A DNA stretch of 64,000 bases from an uncultured delta proteobacterium (GCA_963715335.1 CAVQRZ010000025.1:1-64000), one strand, 5' to 3'; shown: positions 30,649 through 43,685, counted from the stretch's first letter. Notes: generated from the sequence alone by a model not told the origin. Numbers and translations are program-made.

Positions 30649-32413
30649 CATAGCAGAAGATACGATTCTCGTCGGTATCGCGGCCGCGCCCGGGATTGCC
30701 ATATCCCGCAGTTATCTGGTCAACCGGGGCCGGATGGCCGTTATCGAACGCCGTATCTCCCCTGAAGAAGTTGAGCCCGAAACCTCGGCTTTCAGGCAAG
30801 CCGTAGAACAGTCCAAGGCACAGTTGATTGAAGTCAGGGAAGAGGCTGATGACAAGGAACTTGCCGAGCACCTTTATATCATCGACACCCATTTACTGAT
30901 CCTGCAAGACGAAATGCTGATCGGTGAGACCCTCAAACTGATCAAAGGTGAATTGATTAACGCAGAGGGTGCCCTGAACCGTGTGCTGCGGAAAATCCGC
31001 CGGGTCTTTGACAAGATCAGCGACGAATATCTGCGTGAACGACATTCGGACATCGACTCGATCGGCGACCGCCTGATGCGCAATCTTCTCGGCGAAACCC
31101 GCGAGTCTCTGGCGGACATCGATGAACAGGTGATAGTCGTTGCGCACGACCTCTCTCCAGCTGATACGGTACAGATTGACAAGAGCAAGGTGGTCGGCTT
31201 TGTCACTGATATAGGCGGGCGGACTTCGCACACGGCGATTTTGGCCCGTTCAATCGGAATTCCGGCCGTGCTCGGCTTGGAAACGGTGACATCCCTGGTC
31301 CCTAATGGCGTGCCGATGATCATCGATGGCAACACGGGGACCGTGATCCTGAGGCCATCACAGGAAACCTTTCGTGATTACCTGCAAAAGAAGCAGGCAT
31401 ACAATTATCAGGAAACCGAACTTCTTAAATTCAAGGGGCTCCCAGCAGAAACCCTGGACGGGTTCACTCTGGCCCTGCGCAGTAATATCGATTTTGTCGA
31501 AGAGATCGCTGCGGCGAGGGAGTACGGTGCACAGGGCATCGGCTTGTTTCGCACCGAGTTCCTGTTTATGTCCGGAGAGGGTCCGCCGTCGGAAGACGAA
31601 CAGGTTGCGGTCTATCGCTCGGCGCTTGAACAGATGGCTCCTTACCCGGTCACTATCAGGACACTGGATGTCGGTGGTGACAAATTTGTCCCGGAATTCA
31701 ACCTCGCAGATGAAGTCAATCCGGCCATGGGGCTGCGTGCTGTTCGTTTCTCTCTGAAAGAAGTCAACCTTTTCAGGGTACAATTGAGGGCGATCCTCAG
31801 AGCCGCGGTGTCCGGACCGGTCCGCATTATGTTCCCGATGATTTCCGGTGTCGCCGAAGTCCGTGCCTGCAAGCAGTTTGTCGAGCGGGAACGGCAGGAC
31901 CTTCGCTCTGCTGGCATCCCCTTTGGTGATCAGGTTGAGATCGGCATCATGGTGGAGACTCCTGCGGCGGTGCTGATCGCTGATCTGCTGGCGAAGGAAG
32001 TCGACTTCTTCTCAGTCGGTACCAATGATCTGATTCAATACTGCCTGGCAATCGATCGCGGCAATGAACACGTTGCCTATCTTTACGAACCTATGCACCC
32101 TGCTGTTCTCCAGGCGTTGCTGCTTGTCTGCAAGGCGGCAAAGTCTGCAGGAATCGAGGTAGGGATGTGTGGTGAGATGGCCGGCGAGGATATGTATTCT
32201 CTGGTATTGATTGCACTTGGCTTTAACGAGCTGTCTATGAATGCCTCAAGTATCTCGAGGGTAAAACGGATCATGCGCCAGGTCAAGTATTCAGAAGTTC
32301 AGGAGATTCTCAAGAGCCTTCTGGGCCTTGCAACGGCTGATGATGTTGTCTCTGTTCTCGAAAAGGAGATGCGTCAGCGTTATCCGCAGGTGTTTGCCGA
32401 AAGACAATTCTAG
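30626..32413 (+). CDS. ptsI: PEP-protein phosphotransferase (Enzyme I)
   Basis: GGRTSHTAI, GIGLFRTE, IRTLDVGGDK, SVGTNDLIQY, MCGEMA. Confidence 0.97.
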   Translation: MTASVKIDIAEDTILVGIAAAPGIAISRSYLVNRGRMAVIERRISPEEVEPETSAFRQAVEQSKAQLIEVREEADDKELAEHLYIIDTHLLILQDEMLIGETLKLIKGELINAEGALNRVLRKIRRVFDKISDEYLRERHSDIDSIGDRLMRNLLGETRESLADIDEQVIVVAHDLSPADTVQIDKSKVVGFVTDIGGRTSHTAILARSIGIPAVLGLETVTSLVPNGVPMIIDGNTGTVILRPSQETFRDYLQKKQAYNYQETELLKFKGLPAETLDGFTLALRSNIDFVEEIAAAREYGAQGIGLFRTEFLFMSGEGPPSEDEQVAVYRSALEQMAPYPVTIRTLDVGGDKFVPEFNLADEVNPAMGLRAVRFSLKEVNLFRVQLRAILRAAVSGPVRIMFPMISGVAEVRACKQFVERERQDLRSAGIPFGDQVEIGIMVETPAAVLIADLLAKEVDFFSVGTNDLIQYCLAIDRGNEHVAYLYEPMHPAVLQALLLVCKAAKSAGIEVGMCGEMAGEDMYSLVLIALGFNELSMNASSISRVKRIMRQVKYSEVQEILKSLLGLATADDVVSVLEKEMRQRYPQVFAERQF

Positions 32414-32469
32414 AAAGGGTCGAAAATCTTTCTTTGGTTCTTGATTTCCTTTGCCAGACGCCAGAAAGC

Positions 32470-32498
32470 TTGACAGTGACACCGTAAAAGATTAATGT
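32470..32498 (+). promoter_or_regulatory. Sigma70-like promoter of metK
   Basis: TTGACA-N17-TAATGT. Confidence 0.55.
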
Positions 32499-32535
32499 TC
32501 CGCTTCCGCAAAGACATTACTTAGGAGTAAAAACC

Positions 32536-33705
32536 ATGGCAATGACAGATTTCCTGTTTACTTCCGAATCCGTTTCCGAGGGTCACCCCGACAAGGTTGC
32601 AGACCAGATTTCAGACGCGATCCTCGATGCGATAATCGCCCAGGACCCAGCGGCCAGGGTCGCTTGTGAAACTCTCGTTACCACAGGCATGGCGATGATT
32701 GCCGGTGAAATTACCACCAGTGCCTATGTCGATATGCCGAATATCGTCCGTCAAACCATAAAGGAGATTGGCTACGACGATTCATCAATGGGTTTTGACT
32801 ATGAGACCTGTGCGGTACTGACCACAATTGATCGACAGTCTCCGGATATCTCTCAGGGTGTGACGGAAGGCCAGGGCATGTTTGCCGAGCAGGGTGCCGG
32901 TGACCAGGGGCTGATGTTCGGTTACGCCTGCAATGAGACGCCTGAACTGATGCCCATGCCGATTACTTTTGCCCACAAGCTGACCAAAAGGCTGGCTGAA
33001 GTGCGCAAGAGCGGGCTGCTTAATTTCCTGCGCCCTGACAGCAAATCGCAGGTCTCGATCCAGTACATCAATGACAAACCGATCCGGGTTGACACAGTGG
33101 TCGTTTCCTCTCAACATGCACCGGATGTGACTTACGAAAACCTTAAGGAAGCAATTATCGAAGAGGTTGTGCGCAAGGTTATTCCGCAAGACCTGCTCGA
33201 TGAAAAAACCAAGTATTTCATCAACCCGACGGGCCGGTTTGTAATTGGCGGGCCGATGGGTGACTGCGGTCTGACCGGACGGAAAATCATCGTTGACACC
33301 TATGGCGGCCAGGGCTCACATGGTGGTGGCGCCTTCTCCGGGAAAGACCCGTCAAAGGTCGACCGTAGCGCCTCTTACATGGCCCGCTACGTTGCCAAGA
33401 ACATCGTTGCCGCAGGCCTTGCCGACAAATGTGAAGTTCAACTTGCCTATGCAATCGGTGTCGCAGAGCCGGTTTCGGTCATGATCAATACCTTTGGCAC
33501 CGGCAAGATCCCGTCCAACGACATTGCCCGGGTTGCTCAGGAAGAGTTTGATATGCGCCCGCGTGCCATTATTAAAACTCTCGACTTGCTGCGTCCGATC
33601 TACCTCAAGACGGCTGCTTATGGCCACTTTGGTCGTGAACTGCCCGAGTTTACCTGGGAACGTACCGATCGTGTTGAATCGTTGAAGAAAAGGGCTGGAA
33701 TCTGA
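32536..33705 (+). CDS. metK: S-adenosylmethionine synthetase
   Basis: [28 protein letters not shown]. Confidence 0.99.
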   Translation: MAMTDFLFTSESVSEGHPDKVADQISDAILDAIIAQDPAARVACETLVTTGMAMIAGEITTSAYVDMPNIVRQTIKEIGYDDSSMGFDYETCAVLTTIDRQSPDISQGVTEGQGMFAEQGAGDQGLMFGYACNETPELMPMPITFAHKLTKRLAEVRKSGLLNFLRPDSKSQVSIQYINDKPIRVDTVVVSSQHAPDVTYENLKEAIIEEVVRKVIPQDLLDEKTKYFINPTGRFVIGGPMGDCGLTGRKIIVDTYGGQGSHGGGAFSGKDPSKVDRSASYMARYVAKNIVAAGLADKCEVQLAYAIGVAEPVSVMINTFGTGKIPSNDIARVAQEEFDMRPRAIIKTLDLLRPIYLKTAAYGHFGRELPEFTWERTDRVESLKKRAGI

Positions 33706-33782
33706 GATTTTGGCACATGTAACGAATTTGCGGGCGGATCGTGATAACGGTCCGCCCGTCTGCGTTCGAAGCGTATAGGCTG

Positions 33783-34835
33783 ATGAAACCGGAGCTTTCG
33801 ATTATTGTCCCGACCCTGAACGAGGCAGAGGCCTTGCCTCTGTTGTTAGCCGATCTGGCTGGTCAAAAAAACGTCAAGACTGAAATAATTGTTGTCGACG
33901 GCGGCTCGGTGGACTCGACAATCGAGGTTGCAAAGAGATTTTTCTTGGAGCATGGCCTTTCAGGAACATCCCTGGTCAGCCCAAGAGGTCGCGGCCGTCA
34001 ATTGAATGCCGGTGCCGGAACCGCCAGGTCTGACTGGCTGCTATTCCTCCATGCAGACAGCCGATTGCATGACCATCTCCAACTGCAACGGGCGCTGGAA
34101 TCCATGCGGGACTATCAGGGCCGAACCGGAACTGCCGCCGTAGGCCGGTTCGCTCTGCGCTTTCAACGTGATTCAGGTGGCAATGAATTTGGTTTGTTCT
34201 ATTATGAAACCAAGGCGCGGTTAGGCCGGGCGGGTTGCGTTCATGGTGACCAGGGAATGCTGATCCGGAATTCCTTTTTCGACCAAGTGGGTCCTTTTCG
34301 CGAAGACCTGCCGGTTATGGAAGACACCACCTTGGCGGAACAGATTCGCAATCAGGGGGAGTGGCTCCTTCTGCCAGGAGAGATCGTCACTTCTGCTCGT
34401 CGTTTTGAAACCGAAGGATGGCGTGCCCGACAAACGCTGAATGCCTTGATGATGAATTTTCTGGCGATCGGTTGGTTGGATTTTTTTTACAAGGCCCCGA
34501 AAATTTATCAACAACAGGACCAGGCCAGACCGTTGCAACTGGCACCTTTCTATCGTTTGATTGATGAACTTCTGTCCAAGATGACAGCTCGTCAGAAATG
34601 GTTATTGTGGATGGCTACCGGAGCTTATGTGCGCGGTCAGGCCTGGCAAATAGGCCTGGCCATGGATTGTCGAAAGGCCTATCTCGGCAACCACGTTCAC
34701 CCGCAAAAACCAGGCTGTTGGCTGAACTGGTTCGATCGGTGGTTTGAACCACTGACGAATCATCGTCTTGGTGATTTTGTTGCTGCGGTGCTGGTCCGGC
34801 TATGGTTTGCCGTTCAGCTTCGCCGCCGTATCTAG
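33783..34835 (+). CDS. Family 2 glycosyltransferase (TIGR04283-like) with C-terminal extension
   Basis: LSIIVPTLNEA, VVDGGS, GRGRQLNAGA, WLLFLHAD, HGDQG, MED, TSARRF. Confidence 0.82.
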   Translation: MKPELSIIVPTLNEAEALPLLLADLAGQKNVKTEIIVVDGGSVDSTIEVAKRFFLEHGLSGTSLVSPRGRGRQLNAGAGTARSDWLLFLHADSRLHDHLQLQRALESMRDYQGRTGTAAVGRFALRFQRDSGGNEFGLFYYETKARLGRAGCVHGDQGMLIRNSFFDQVGPFREDLPVMEDTTLAEQIRNQGEWLLLPGEIVTSARRFETEGWRARQTLNALMMNFLAIGWLDFFYKAPKIYQQQDQARPLQLAPFYRLIDELLSKMTARQKWLLWMATGAYVRGQAWQIGLAMDCRKAYLGNHVHPQKPGCWLNWFDRWFEPLTNHRLGDFVAAVLVRLWFAVQLRRRI

Positions 34836-34856
34836 CAAGCTCTGGCAGGTGCAACC

Positions 34857-35252
34857 ATGAGTACGAGTATTAACGAACAAGTGCAGGACATCCCGTTTCT
34901 GAAAACCCTGGGCGTTGCAGTCAAGGAAATTGCAGAACAACACGCAGAGATGACCGTAACGATAGATGACCGCCACTTGAATTACATGGGCACGGTTCAT
35001 GGCGGACTGATTTCAACCCTGATCGATACGGTCTGTTTCTTCCCCATGCCACTTATCCCTTCGGGCCTCAAACTGACGACTGTCGATCTTAATGTCAGTT
35101 ACGTCAGATCCGCTCGGAAAGGTGATACCCTGGTCGCCCGCTCCGAACTCCTGCACCTGGGTTGTCGTACCGCACGGCTGTCGGTCAAGGTTACCGATCA
35201 AAAGCAAAGCCTTGTCGCGTACGGAACTGCGACCCTGATGGTCCTGTCCTGA
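34857..35252 (+). CDS. PaaI-family hotdog thioesterase
   Basis: HLNYMGTVHGGLISTLID, TVDLNVSY. Confidence 0.9.
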   Translation: MSTSINEQVQDIPFLKTLGVAVKEIAEQHAEMTVTIDDRHLNYMGTVHGGLISTLIDTVCFFPMPLIPSGLKLTTVDLNVSYVRSARKGDTLVARSELLHLGCRTARLSVKVTDQKQSLVAYGTATLMVLS

Positions 35253-35292
35253 TTCACTGCGTAATTTTCTCTTGTTTTTATTCGGGAGATGT

Positions 35293-35314
35293 AATATCAA
35301 CTATAATTGATATT
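35293..35314. promoter_or_regulatory. SahR-type operator palindrome
   Basis: AATATCAA-CTATAA-TTGATATT with perfect 8-bp arms, 21 nt upstream of the ArsR-methyltransferase gene. Confidence 0.75.
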
Positions 35315-35335
35315 TAAAATGTCTTAGGTTGATAT

Positions 35336-36265
35336 ATGCTTGAAGTCCTGAAAATCCTGGCTGATACAACCCGACTGAGGCTCCTGCGGATACTCCGCCA
35401 GGGTGATTTTACGGTGCAGGAGCTTATGCAGGCTCTGCACATGGGCCAGTCCAGGATTTCACGGCATTTGATCCTCATGAACGAAGTTGGCCTGCTTAAG
35501 GTTGAAAAGCAGGGAACCTGGCGCTACTATCGCCTGGCGCCGGAAAACCGGTTTTTTCAAAAGATCTGGCCGATTATCGAAGAGCACCTCGCTGAACTTG
35601 GAATGCGGGAACAGGATGCGGGTGGTCTGCTCTCGATCATGATGGAGCGACGCAAACGCAGCCAGGAATTCTTTGACCGCCATGCCCGTGACTGGGACGT
35701 CATGCATACGGAGTTGCTCAAGCTTCCCGATTATCAGTCAGATCTGCTGGCACTGCTGCCGGAGGGAGGCCTGACCGTTGAAATCGGTGTCGGGTCAGGT
35801 ACGCTGCTCCCTTTTCTGATCGACAGGGCTGATCGTGTTATCGGCCTGGACCAGTCACCGTCCATGGTCACACTGGCCAGAGAGACGGTGCAACATCATC
35901 GCCTCGCGGCAAGCGTCGACGTCCGCCTGGCAGAGATGAATCACCTGCCGATGGCTGACGGTTCGGTGCGGACCTTTGTGATGAATCAGGTTCTGCATCA
36001 CGCCGAGCAACCGGGTGATGTCCTCAGAGAGGTGGGACGTGCTCTCGCCAGGGACGGGCTGCTGGTGATTGCCGATCTGACACGCCATGAATACGACTGG
36101 GTCCGGGAGCGGCTGGCAGACCAGTGGCTCGGCTTCAAACGCGTGGAACTTGAGGACTGGCTGGCCGAGGCCGATATGCAGATACGCACTTACCAGGAAT
36201 TCGGTGGCTCCGGATCTCACCAGGGAGTCATGCTGTTGACAGCAACGTTTAACGATAACAATTGA
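35336..36265 (+). CDS. sahR: ArsR-family regulator fused to a SAM-binding methyltransferase-like domain (SahR)
   Basis: LADTTRLRLL, QSRISRHL HTH; EIGVGSG, VLHH, DQWLGF; directly upstream of ahcY. Confidence 0.85.
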   Translation: MLEVLKILADTTRLRLLRILRQGDFTVQELMQALHMGQSRISRHLILMNEVGLLKVEKQGTWRYYRLAPENRFFQKIWPIIEEHLAELGMREQDAGGLLSIMMERRKRSQEFFDRHARDWDVMHTELLKLPDYQSDLLALLPEGGLTVEIGVGSGTLLPFLIDRADRVIGLDQSPSMVTLARETVQHHRLAASVDVRLAEMNHLPMADGSVRTFVMNQVLHHAEQPGDVLREVGRALARDGLLVIADLTRHEYDWVRERLADQWLGFKRVELEDWLAEADMQIRTYQEFGGSGSHQGVMLLTATFNDNN

Positions 36266-36292
36266 TAAACATTATATTGAGGAGAAACAGAA

Positions 36293-37750
<1,458 letters not shown>

Positions 37751-37777
37751 GGTTTTTGTTGTTTGATTGCGTGATGG

Positions 37778-37807
37778 GGGACGGGCTGCGGAGCCCGTCC
37801 CTTTTTT
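37778..37807 (+). terminator. Intrinsic terminator after ahcY
   Basis: GGGACGGGCT-GCGG-AGCCCGTCCC plus T6, between convergent genes. Confidence 0.85.
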
Positions 37808-37818
37808 AGGTTGACGGG

Positions 37819-38907
37819 TTAATCCTGAGCTTTCAGAAACAGCCAGGTGGCGGTCAGGACCATCAGGATATTGGCGGACCATGCCGCCACGACCGGAGAG
37901 AGTATCGCTGACCCACCCATGGCGGCGAAAATTGCATAGAGGACGAAGTAGACAATAAAAACAACCATGCTGACGACGATCCCGAGTGCAAAACTGGGCT
38001 GGCGCCCGCGCTGCAGGGCGAACGGCATGCCGAGCAGTACCATGATCAGTGGAATGAAGGCTTTCGACAATCGCAGATGTGACTCGAGTTGGTAAGTCTT
38101 CGGATCGTGCCCATCCGCTTTCAATGTTTCGATGAGTCGGTACAGTTCGATCTGGGTCATTTCCTCAGGGTTGTTCCAGAGTTGGGTCACTTCAGACGGT
38201 TCTTTCCCCAGGTCAAGCAGCGACTCCTCCTTTTCTTCGTAGCCTTGAATGGTTTTATTCTCCGGTGAGAACTGCCAGAGTTTTACCCCTTTGCAGGACC
38301 ATGTGCCGTTTCCCCTATAATGTCCCGAAACGGCCTGCAGCCGTTCGACGGGTTTAAATCGATTGTTAAAGGTGATGATCGTAATACCAAAGAGAACTCC
38401 TCGCTGGGGGAAGGAGCGGTTGATGTGCACGATCCTGTCACCGTTCTTGAAGAAAAGGTCCTTTGATTCGTTTGCAGCCTCTCCGGATTTGTTAGTGATC
38501 TGCACATTCCTGATATACTCGGTCTCCTGAATTCCCAGGGGCGTCAGCCAGAGGTTACAGAGCAGGAGAAGTCCACAGAGGAGAAACCCGGTCAGGAACA
38601 TTGAACGACTGATCCTGGAAATACTGATTCCTCCGCCGAGCAGGGCCGTCAACTGGTTGGTGCGCGAAAGATCACCAATGGTCGCGAAAGCAGCGAGGAG
38701 AACCGCCATCGGCAGTGTGTTGGAGATCATCAGCGGCAGGTTGTAGAGAGGGTAGCGAAAATAGTGGACGAGAGCGGCCTGGTTCTCGATGAAATCATCA
38801 ACTTTCTCAATGAACTCGATGACCGCATACAATGATACAAGCGCCAGCAGGATAAACACCAGGTTCTTCAGAAACAGGGTCGTTATGTAACGATCAAGCG
38901 TGGTCAT
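37819..38907 (-). CDS. lptG: LPS export permease LptG
   Basis: MTTLDRYI start; YjgP/YjgQ architecture; paired with lptF. Confidence 0.9.
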   Translation of the reverse strand: MTTLDRYITTLFLKNLVFILLALVSLYAVIEFIEKVDDFIENQAALVHYFRYPLYNLPLMISNTLPMAVLLAAFATIGDLSRTNQLTALLGGGISISRISRSMFLTGFLLCGLLLLCNLWLTPLGIQETEYIRNVQITNKSGEAANESKDLFFKNGDRIVHINRSFPQRGVLFGITIITFNNRFKPVERLQAVSGHYRGNGTWSCKGVKLWQFSPENKTIQGYEEKEESLLDLGKEPSEVTQLWNNPEEMTQIELYRLIETLKADGHDPKTYQLESHLRLSKAFIPLIMVLLGMPFALQRGRQPSFALGIVVSMVVFIVYFVLYAIFAAMGGSAILSPVVAAWSANILMVLTATWLFLKAQD

Positions 38908-40096
38908 TGTTCTTGTGTATACAATTTCTGAGATATGCCATCGTTTGCTCAACTTGTGAGACGAATAAACTGGGTTGTTCGTGAGCGCTGCGGTACAGGC
39001 AGTAAAGTCCGGACAAGCCTAACAGCAAGTGGGGGAGCCAGAAGGTCAGCCACGGAGCGATGCCCGCATCGGCAGTAAAAGTTTGTGCCAGTGAAAGCAT
39101 CAGGTAGTAACAAAGATATATGATTAGTCCGACAACGAAACCGCCACTGCGACCCGATCGGTGGGTCTGGATACTGAAGGGCAGCCCGAACAGGGCGAAA
39201 ATCAATGGGGCCATCGGCGAGGCCATCCGGGTGTGTATTTCCGCTGTTACTGCGCCGAGTTTACGCTCATTGCCGGCGCCGTTTTCCCTGTGGAGCTGTC
39301 GCCAGAGTTGAGCGGTTGACATCTCCTTGGGTCGTTTCCTCTGGCCTGCTTTCCCGGCAGTCTCCTCGCCGTTGCCGGTCAGGTTGGGTTGTACGTCGTA
39401 GTTGCGGAAGTTGATGAGCTGGTAAGTCGAATCATCGACGGTCTTCTGACGATGGATCGTCCCGTCCTGCAGTCGGAACATGATCGTTTCCTCTTGTTCA
39501 TCTGCAACGATATCTCCGTGTTCGGCAAATATCAGCATTGTCGCGTCAGGGTTTTTCTCGACAATGAAAAGGCCAGTCATCTGGCCGGTGCGGGCGTCGA
39601 GATCGTTCGCATAGAGGACCATGTTGTTGAACTGCTTCATGAATACTTGCGGCTGAAATCCGATCGTGGCTTTCTGCATGGTGATGGCGAAAACCTGCTC
39701 ACGGAAAGCCTGATAACCCCATGGCTTCAGCCACAGACCCGCCACTGCTGTGAGCAGGGAGAAAACCACTGCCAGGGCAAGGATCGGGCGAGCCATCTGT
39801 GCGAGCCCTATGCCGGCCGCCTTCATGGCAATCGTTTCACTGTCAGCAGACATGCGACTGAGCCCGATCATGATGCCCATCAGAAAAGACAGCGGCAGTG
39901 TGATGTTGAGAAAGGCCGGTAGCATGGTTCCGAACAGCAACAGGATGTCAGTGATCGAGACTCCCTTGTTGACGACCAGGTCCACGAGCTTCATCAGCCT
40001 GCCCATGAGCAGCACCATGGTAAAAATCAGCAGACAGAGCAGGGTTGGCGAGAGGATCTCGCTGATGATGTATTTTTGTATTCTTGTGCCCGCCAT
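38894..40096 (-). CDS. lptF: LPS export permease LptF
   Basis: IQKYIISEI, RMSADSETIAMKAAGI; YjgP/YjgQ architecture. Confidence 0.9.
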   Translation of the reverse strand: MAGTRIQKYIISEILSPTLLCLLIFTMVLLMGRLMKLVDLVVNKGVSITDILLLFGTMLPAFLNITLPLSFLMGIMIGLSRMSADSETIAMKAAGIGLAQMARPILALAVVFSLLTAVAGLWLKPWGYQAFREQVFAITMQKATIGFQPQVFMKQFNNMVLYANDLDARTGQMTGLFIVEKNPDATMLIFAEHGDIVADEQEETIMFRLQDGTIHRQKTVDDSTYQLINFRNYDVQPNLTGNGEETAGKAGQRKRPKEMSTAQLWRQLHRENGAGNERKLGAVTAEIHTRMASPMAPLIFALFGLPFSIQTHRSGRSGGFVVGLIIYLCYYLMLSLAQTFTADAGIAPWLTFWLPHLLLGLSGLYCLYRSAHEQPSLFVSQVEQTMAYLRNCIHKNNDHA

Positions 40097-40104
40097 AATG
40101 CCGC

Positions 40105-40134
40105 ATAGTAGTACAGTCAACATCAGAATGTAAA
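40105..40134 (-). promoter_or_regulatory. Sigma70-like promoter close to the lptF start codon
   Basis: Minus strand TTTACA-N18-TACTAT-N8-ATG; no Shine-Dalgarno. Confidence 0.45.
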
Positions 40135-40195
40135 CGCTATTGATGGTTAAAAACCCCTTGCGTTCGGGATGCTCTCATGTTATACGAATGTGCTG

Positions 40196-40295
40196 TCCAA
40201 TACACACGCCTTCTGACCCGGACCGGGTGCCTGACATGGGGTCAGGTCGGTTGCAGGGGTTGATGAAGGCGGCGGCCAAACCAAATTGAAGGGAA
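40196..40295 (+). promoter_or_regulatory. rpsB leader (S2 autoregulatory RNA)
   Basis: ACACACGCC...CGGGTGC hairpin...GAAGGC...AAACC layout like known rpsB leaders; extended -10-like TGTTATAC upstream. Confidence 0.65.
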
Positions 40296-40303
40296 GTTTA
40301 AAC

Positions 40304-41179
40304 ATGGCACAGATCACTATGAAGCAATTGTTGGAGGCCGGTGTCCATTTCGGCCACCAGACCCGTCGTTGGAACCCCAAGATGAAGCCTTACATCTTCG
40401 GTGCCCGTAACGGCATTTACATTATCGACCTGCAGAAGACGGTCCGCTATTTCCGGACTGCTTACAGTTTCATTCGCGACGTTTCCCAGCGAGGCGAGAA
40501 AGTCCTTTTCGTCGGCACCAAGAAGCAGGCTCAGGATTCCATTGTTGAAGAGGCTGTCCGTGCTGGTCAGTACTATGTCAACAATCGCTGGCTGGGTGGC
40601 ATGCTGACGAATTTCTCGACTATCAAACGGAGCATTGACCGTCTGAAAAAAATCGAGGCGATGTCTGAAGACGGAACCTTCGATCTGCTGCTCAAGAAAG
40701 AGGTCCTGCAACTGGAACGGGAAAAGACCAAGCTGGAAAAAAGTCTCGGCGGGATCAAGAACATGACCCGTCTGCCTGCGGCGGTTTTTATCGTTGACCC
40801 GAACAAGGAAGACATTGCCGTCAAGGAAGCCCGCAAGCTCGGCATCCCGGTTGTCGCCGTGGTTGATACCAACTGTGATCCCGATGGGATTGAATACATC
40901 ATCCCCGGCAATGACGATGCGATTCGTGCCATCCGCCTGTTTGCTTCGAAAATGGCAGAGGCGTGCCTCGAAGGTGCCGCTGCCCGTCAAGAAAATCTGC
41001 GCAACGACGCAGAAGGTGCTGACTTGGAAGAACCGGCTGTTGAAGTGGCCACAGAGTCTGCTGTTATTGAAAAGACCGCAGCCGTTGCGGCGAAGGTGAC
41101 CGAAGCGGCAACAGAAAAGGTCGTCGCTGCAGAAGCGGCTGAAGTGACCAAAGCAGAGGATACAACGGCAGAAGCGTAA
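40304..41179 (+). CDS. rpsB: 30S ribosomal protein S2
   Basis: [39 protein letters not shown]; acidic/Ala-rich tail. Confidence 0.99.
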   Translation: MAQITMKQLLEAGVHFGHQTRRWNPKMKPYIFGARNGIYIIDLQKTVRYFRTAYSFIRDVSQRGEKVLFVGTKKQAQDSIVEEAVRAGQYYVNNRWLGGMLTNFSTIKRSIDRLKKIEAMSEDGTFDLLLKKEVLQLEREKTKLEKSLGGIKNMTRLPAAVFIVDPNKEDIAVKEARKLGIPVVAVVDTNCDPDGIEYIIPGNDDAIRAIRLFASKMAEACLEGAAARQENLRNDAEGADLEEPAVEVATESAVIEKTAAVAAKVTEAATEKVVAAEAAEVTKAEDTTAEA

Positions 41180-41200
41180 CCGGCCGATACGTATAAATAC

Positions 41201-41232
41201 AAAAAGGCGGTCTGCATTGCAGCCGCCTTTTT
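41201..41232. terminator. Hairpin/terminator between rpsB and tsf
   Basis: AAAAAGGCGG...CCGCCTTTTT. Confidence 0.7.
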
Positions 41233-41282
41233 ATCAGACAACTCAATATTTGCCAAGATAGCAGGATAGAGGAGGTTTTAAG

Positions 41283-42945
<1,663 letters not shown>

Positions 42946-42949
42946 TACT

Positions 42950-43507
42950 ATGATCACTGATGTCAAATCCAATGCTAGTGCCGGTATGACCAAGGCCCTG
43001 GAGTCTTTCAAACGTGACTTGAGCAAGGTTCGGACCGGGCGCGCCTCACTCTCTCTGCTTGATGACGTCAAGGTTGATTACTACGGCATCCCGACGCCAC
43101 TCAACCAGGTCGGATCCCTGGCGGTTCCCGAACCTCGTCTGATTACAATTCAGCCGTGGGAGAAGAACCTGATCGGTGAAATCGAAAAAGCCATTCTCAA
43201 GGCCGATCTCGGCTTGAATCCCAATTCAGACGGGCAAGTCATCCGGCTGGCTTTCCCGCCGCTGACCGAAGAACGTCGTAAAGATATGGTCAAAATGGTC
43301 AAACGCATGGGTGAAGATGCCAAGGTCGGGATTCGCAATGTCCGCCGCGAGGCCAACGATACCTTGAAGAAACATGAGAAGGACAAGAATATCACCGAAG
43401 ACGAGCTCAAGCGCGGCGAGAAGGAAATCCAGGACGTGACGGATGAATTCGTTTCCCGTGTGGACAAGGTGATTGAAGAAAAAGAAAAAGACCTCATGGA
43501 GATTTAA
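42950..43507 (+). CDS. frr: Ribosome recycling factor
   Basis: [28 protein letters not shown] before ATG 42950. Confidence 0.98.
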   Translation: MITDVKSNASAGMTKALESFKRDLSKVRTGRASLSLLDDVKVDYYGIPTPLNQVGSLAVPEPRLITIQPWEKNLIGEIEKAILKADLGLNPNSDGQVIRLAFPPLTEERRKDMVKMVKRMGEDAKVGIRNVRREANDTLKKHEKDKNITEDELKRGEKEIQDVTDEFVSRVDKVIEEKEKDLMEI

Positions 43508-43538
43508 TCTCTCCGGATGACGGCCATGAGACTTTTCT

Positions 43539-43682
43539 ATGAAAATAACTTATGAGGGCATCGCTTGCGGGACTTGCGTGGGGTTCTGCCCGGTCGGTGC
43601 TGTTCCTTACGCAGTAACATTAGAAGGTGCGGATTGTCGGGCCTGTGTTGACATCTGTTCGATAGCTGCCATCGTCGATTGA
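43539..43682 (+). CDS. Small degenerate 2[4Fe-4S] ferredoxin-like ORF (47 aa; possible pseudogene)
   Basis: Hand translation: MKITYEGIACGTCVGFCPVGAVPYAVTLEGADCRACVDICSIAAIVD; too short for the ORF track. Confidence 0.75.
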   Translation: MKITYEGIACGTCVGFCPVGAVPYAVTLEGADCRACVDICSIAAIVD

Positions 43683-43685
43683 ATC

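Noticed and set aside
32413..32535. SAM riboswitch upstream of metK
   Set aside because: No SAM-I or SAM-II consensus; the promoter sits too close to the start codon
41000..41179. Ala/Glu/Thr-rich tail of S2
   Set aside because: Variable acidic tails are common in S2 proteins
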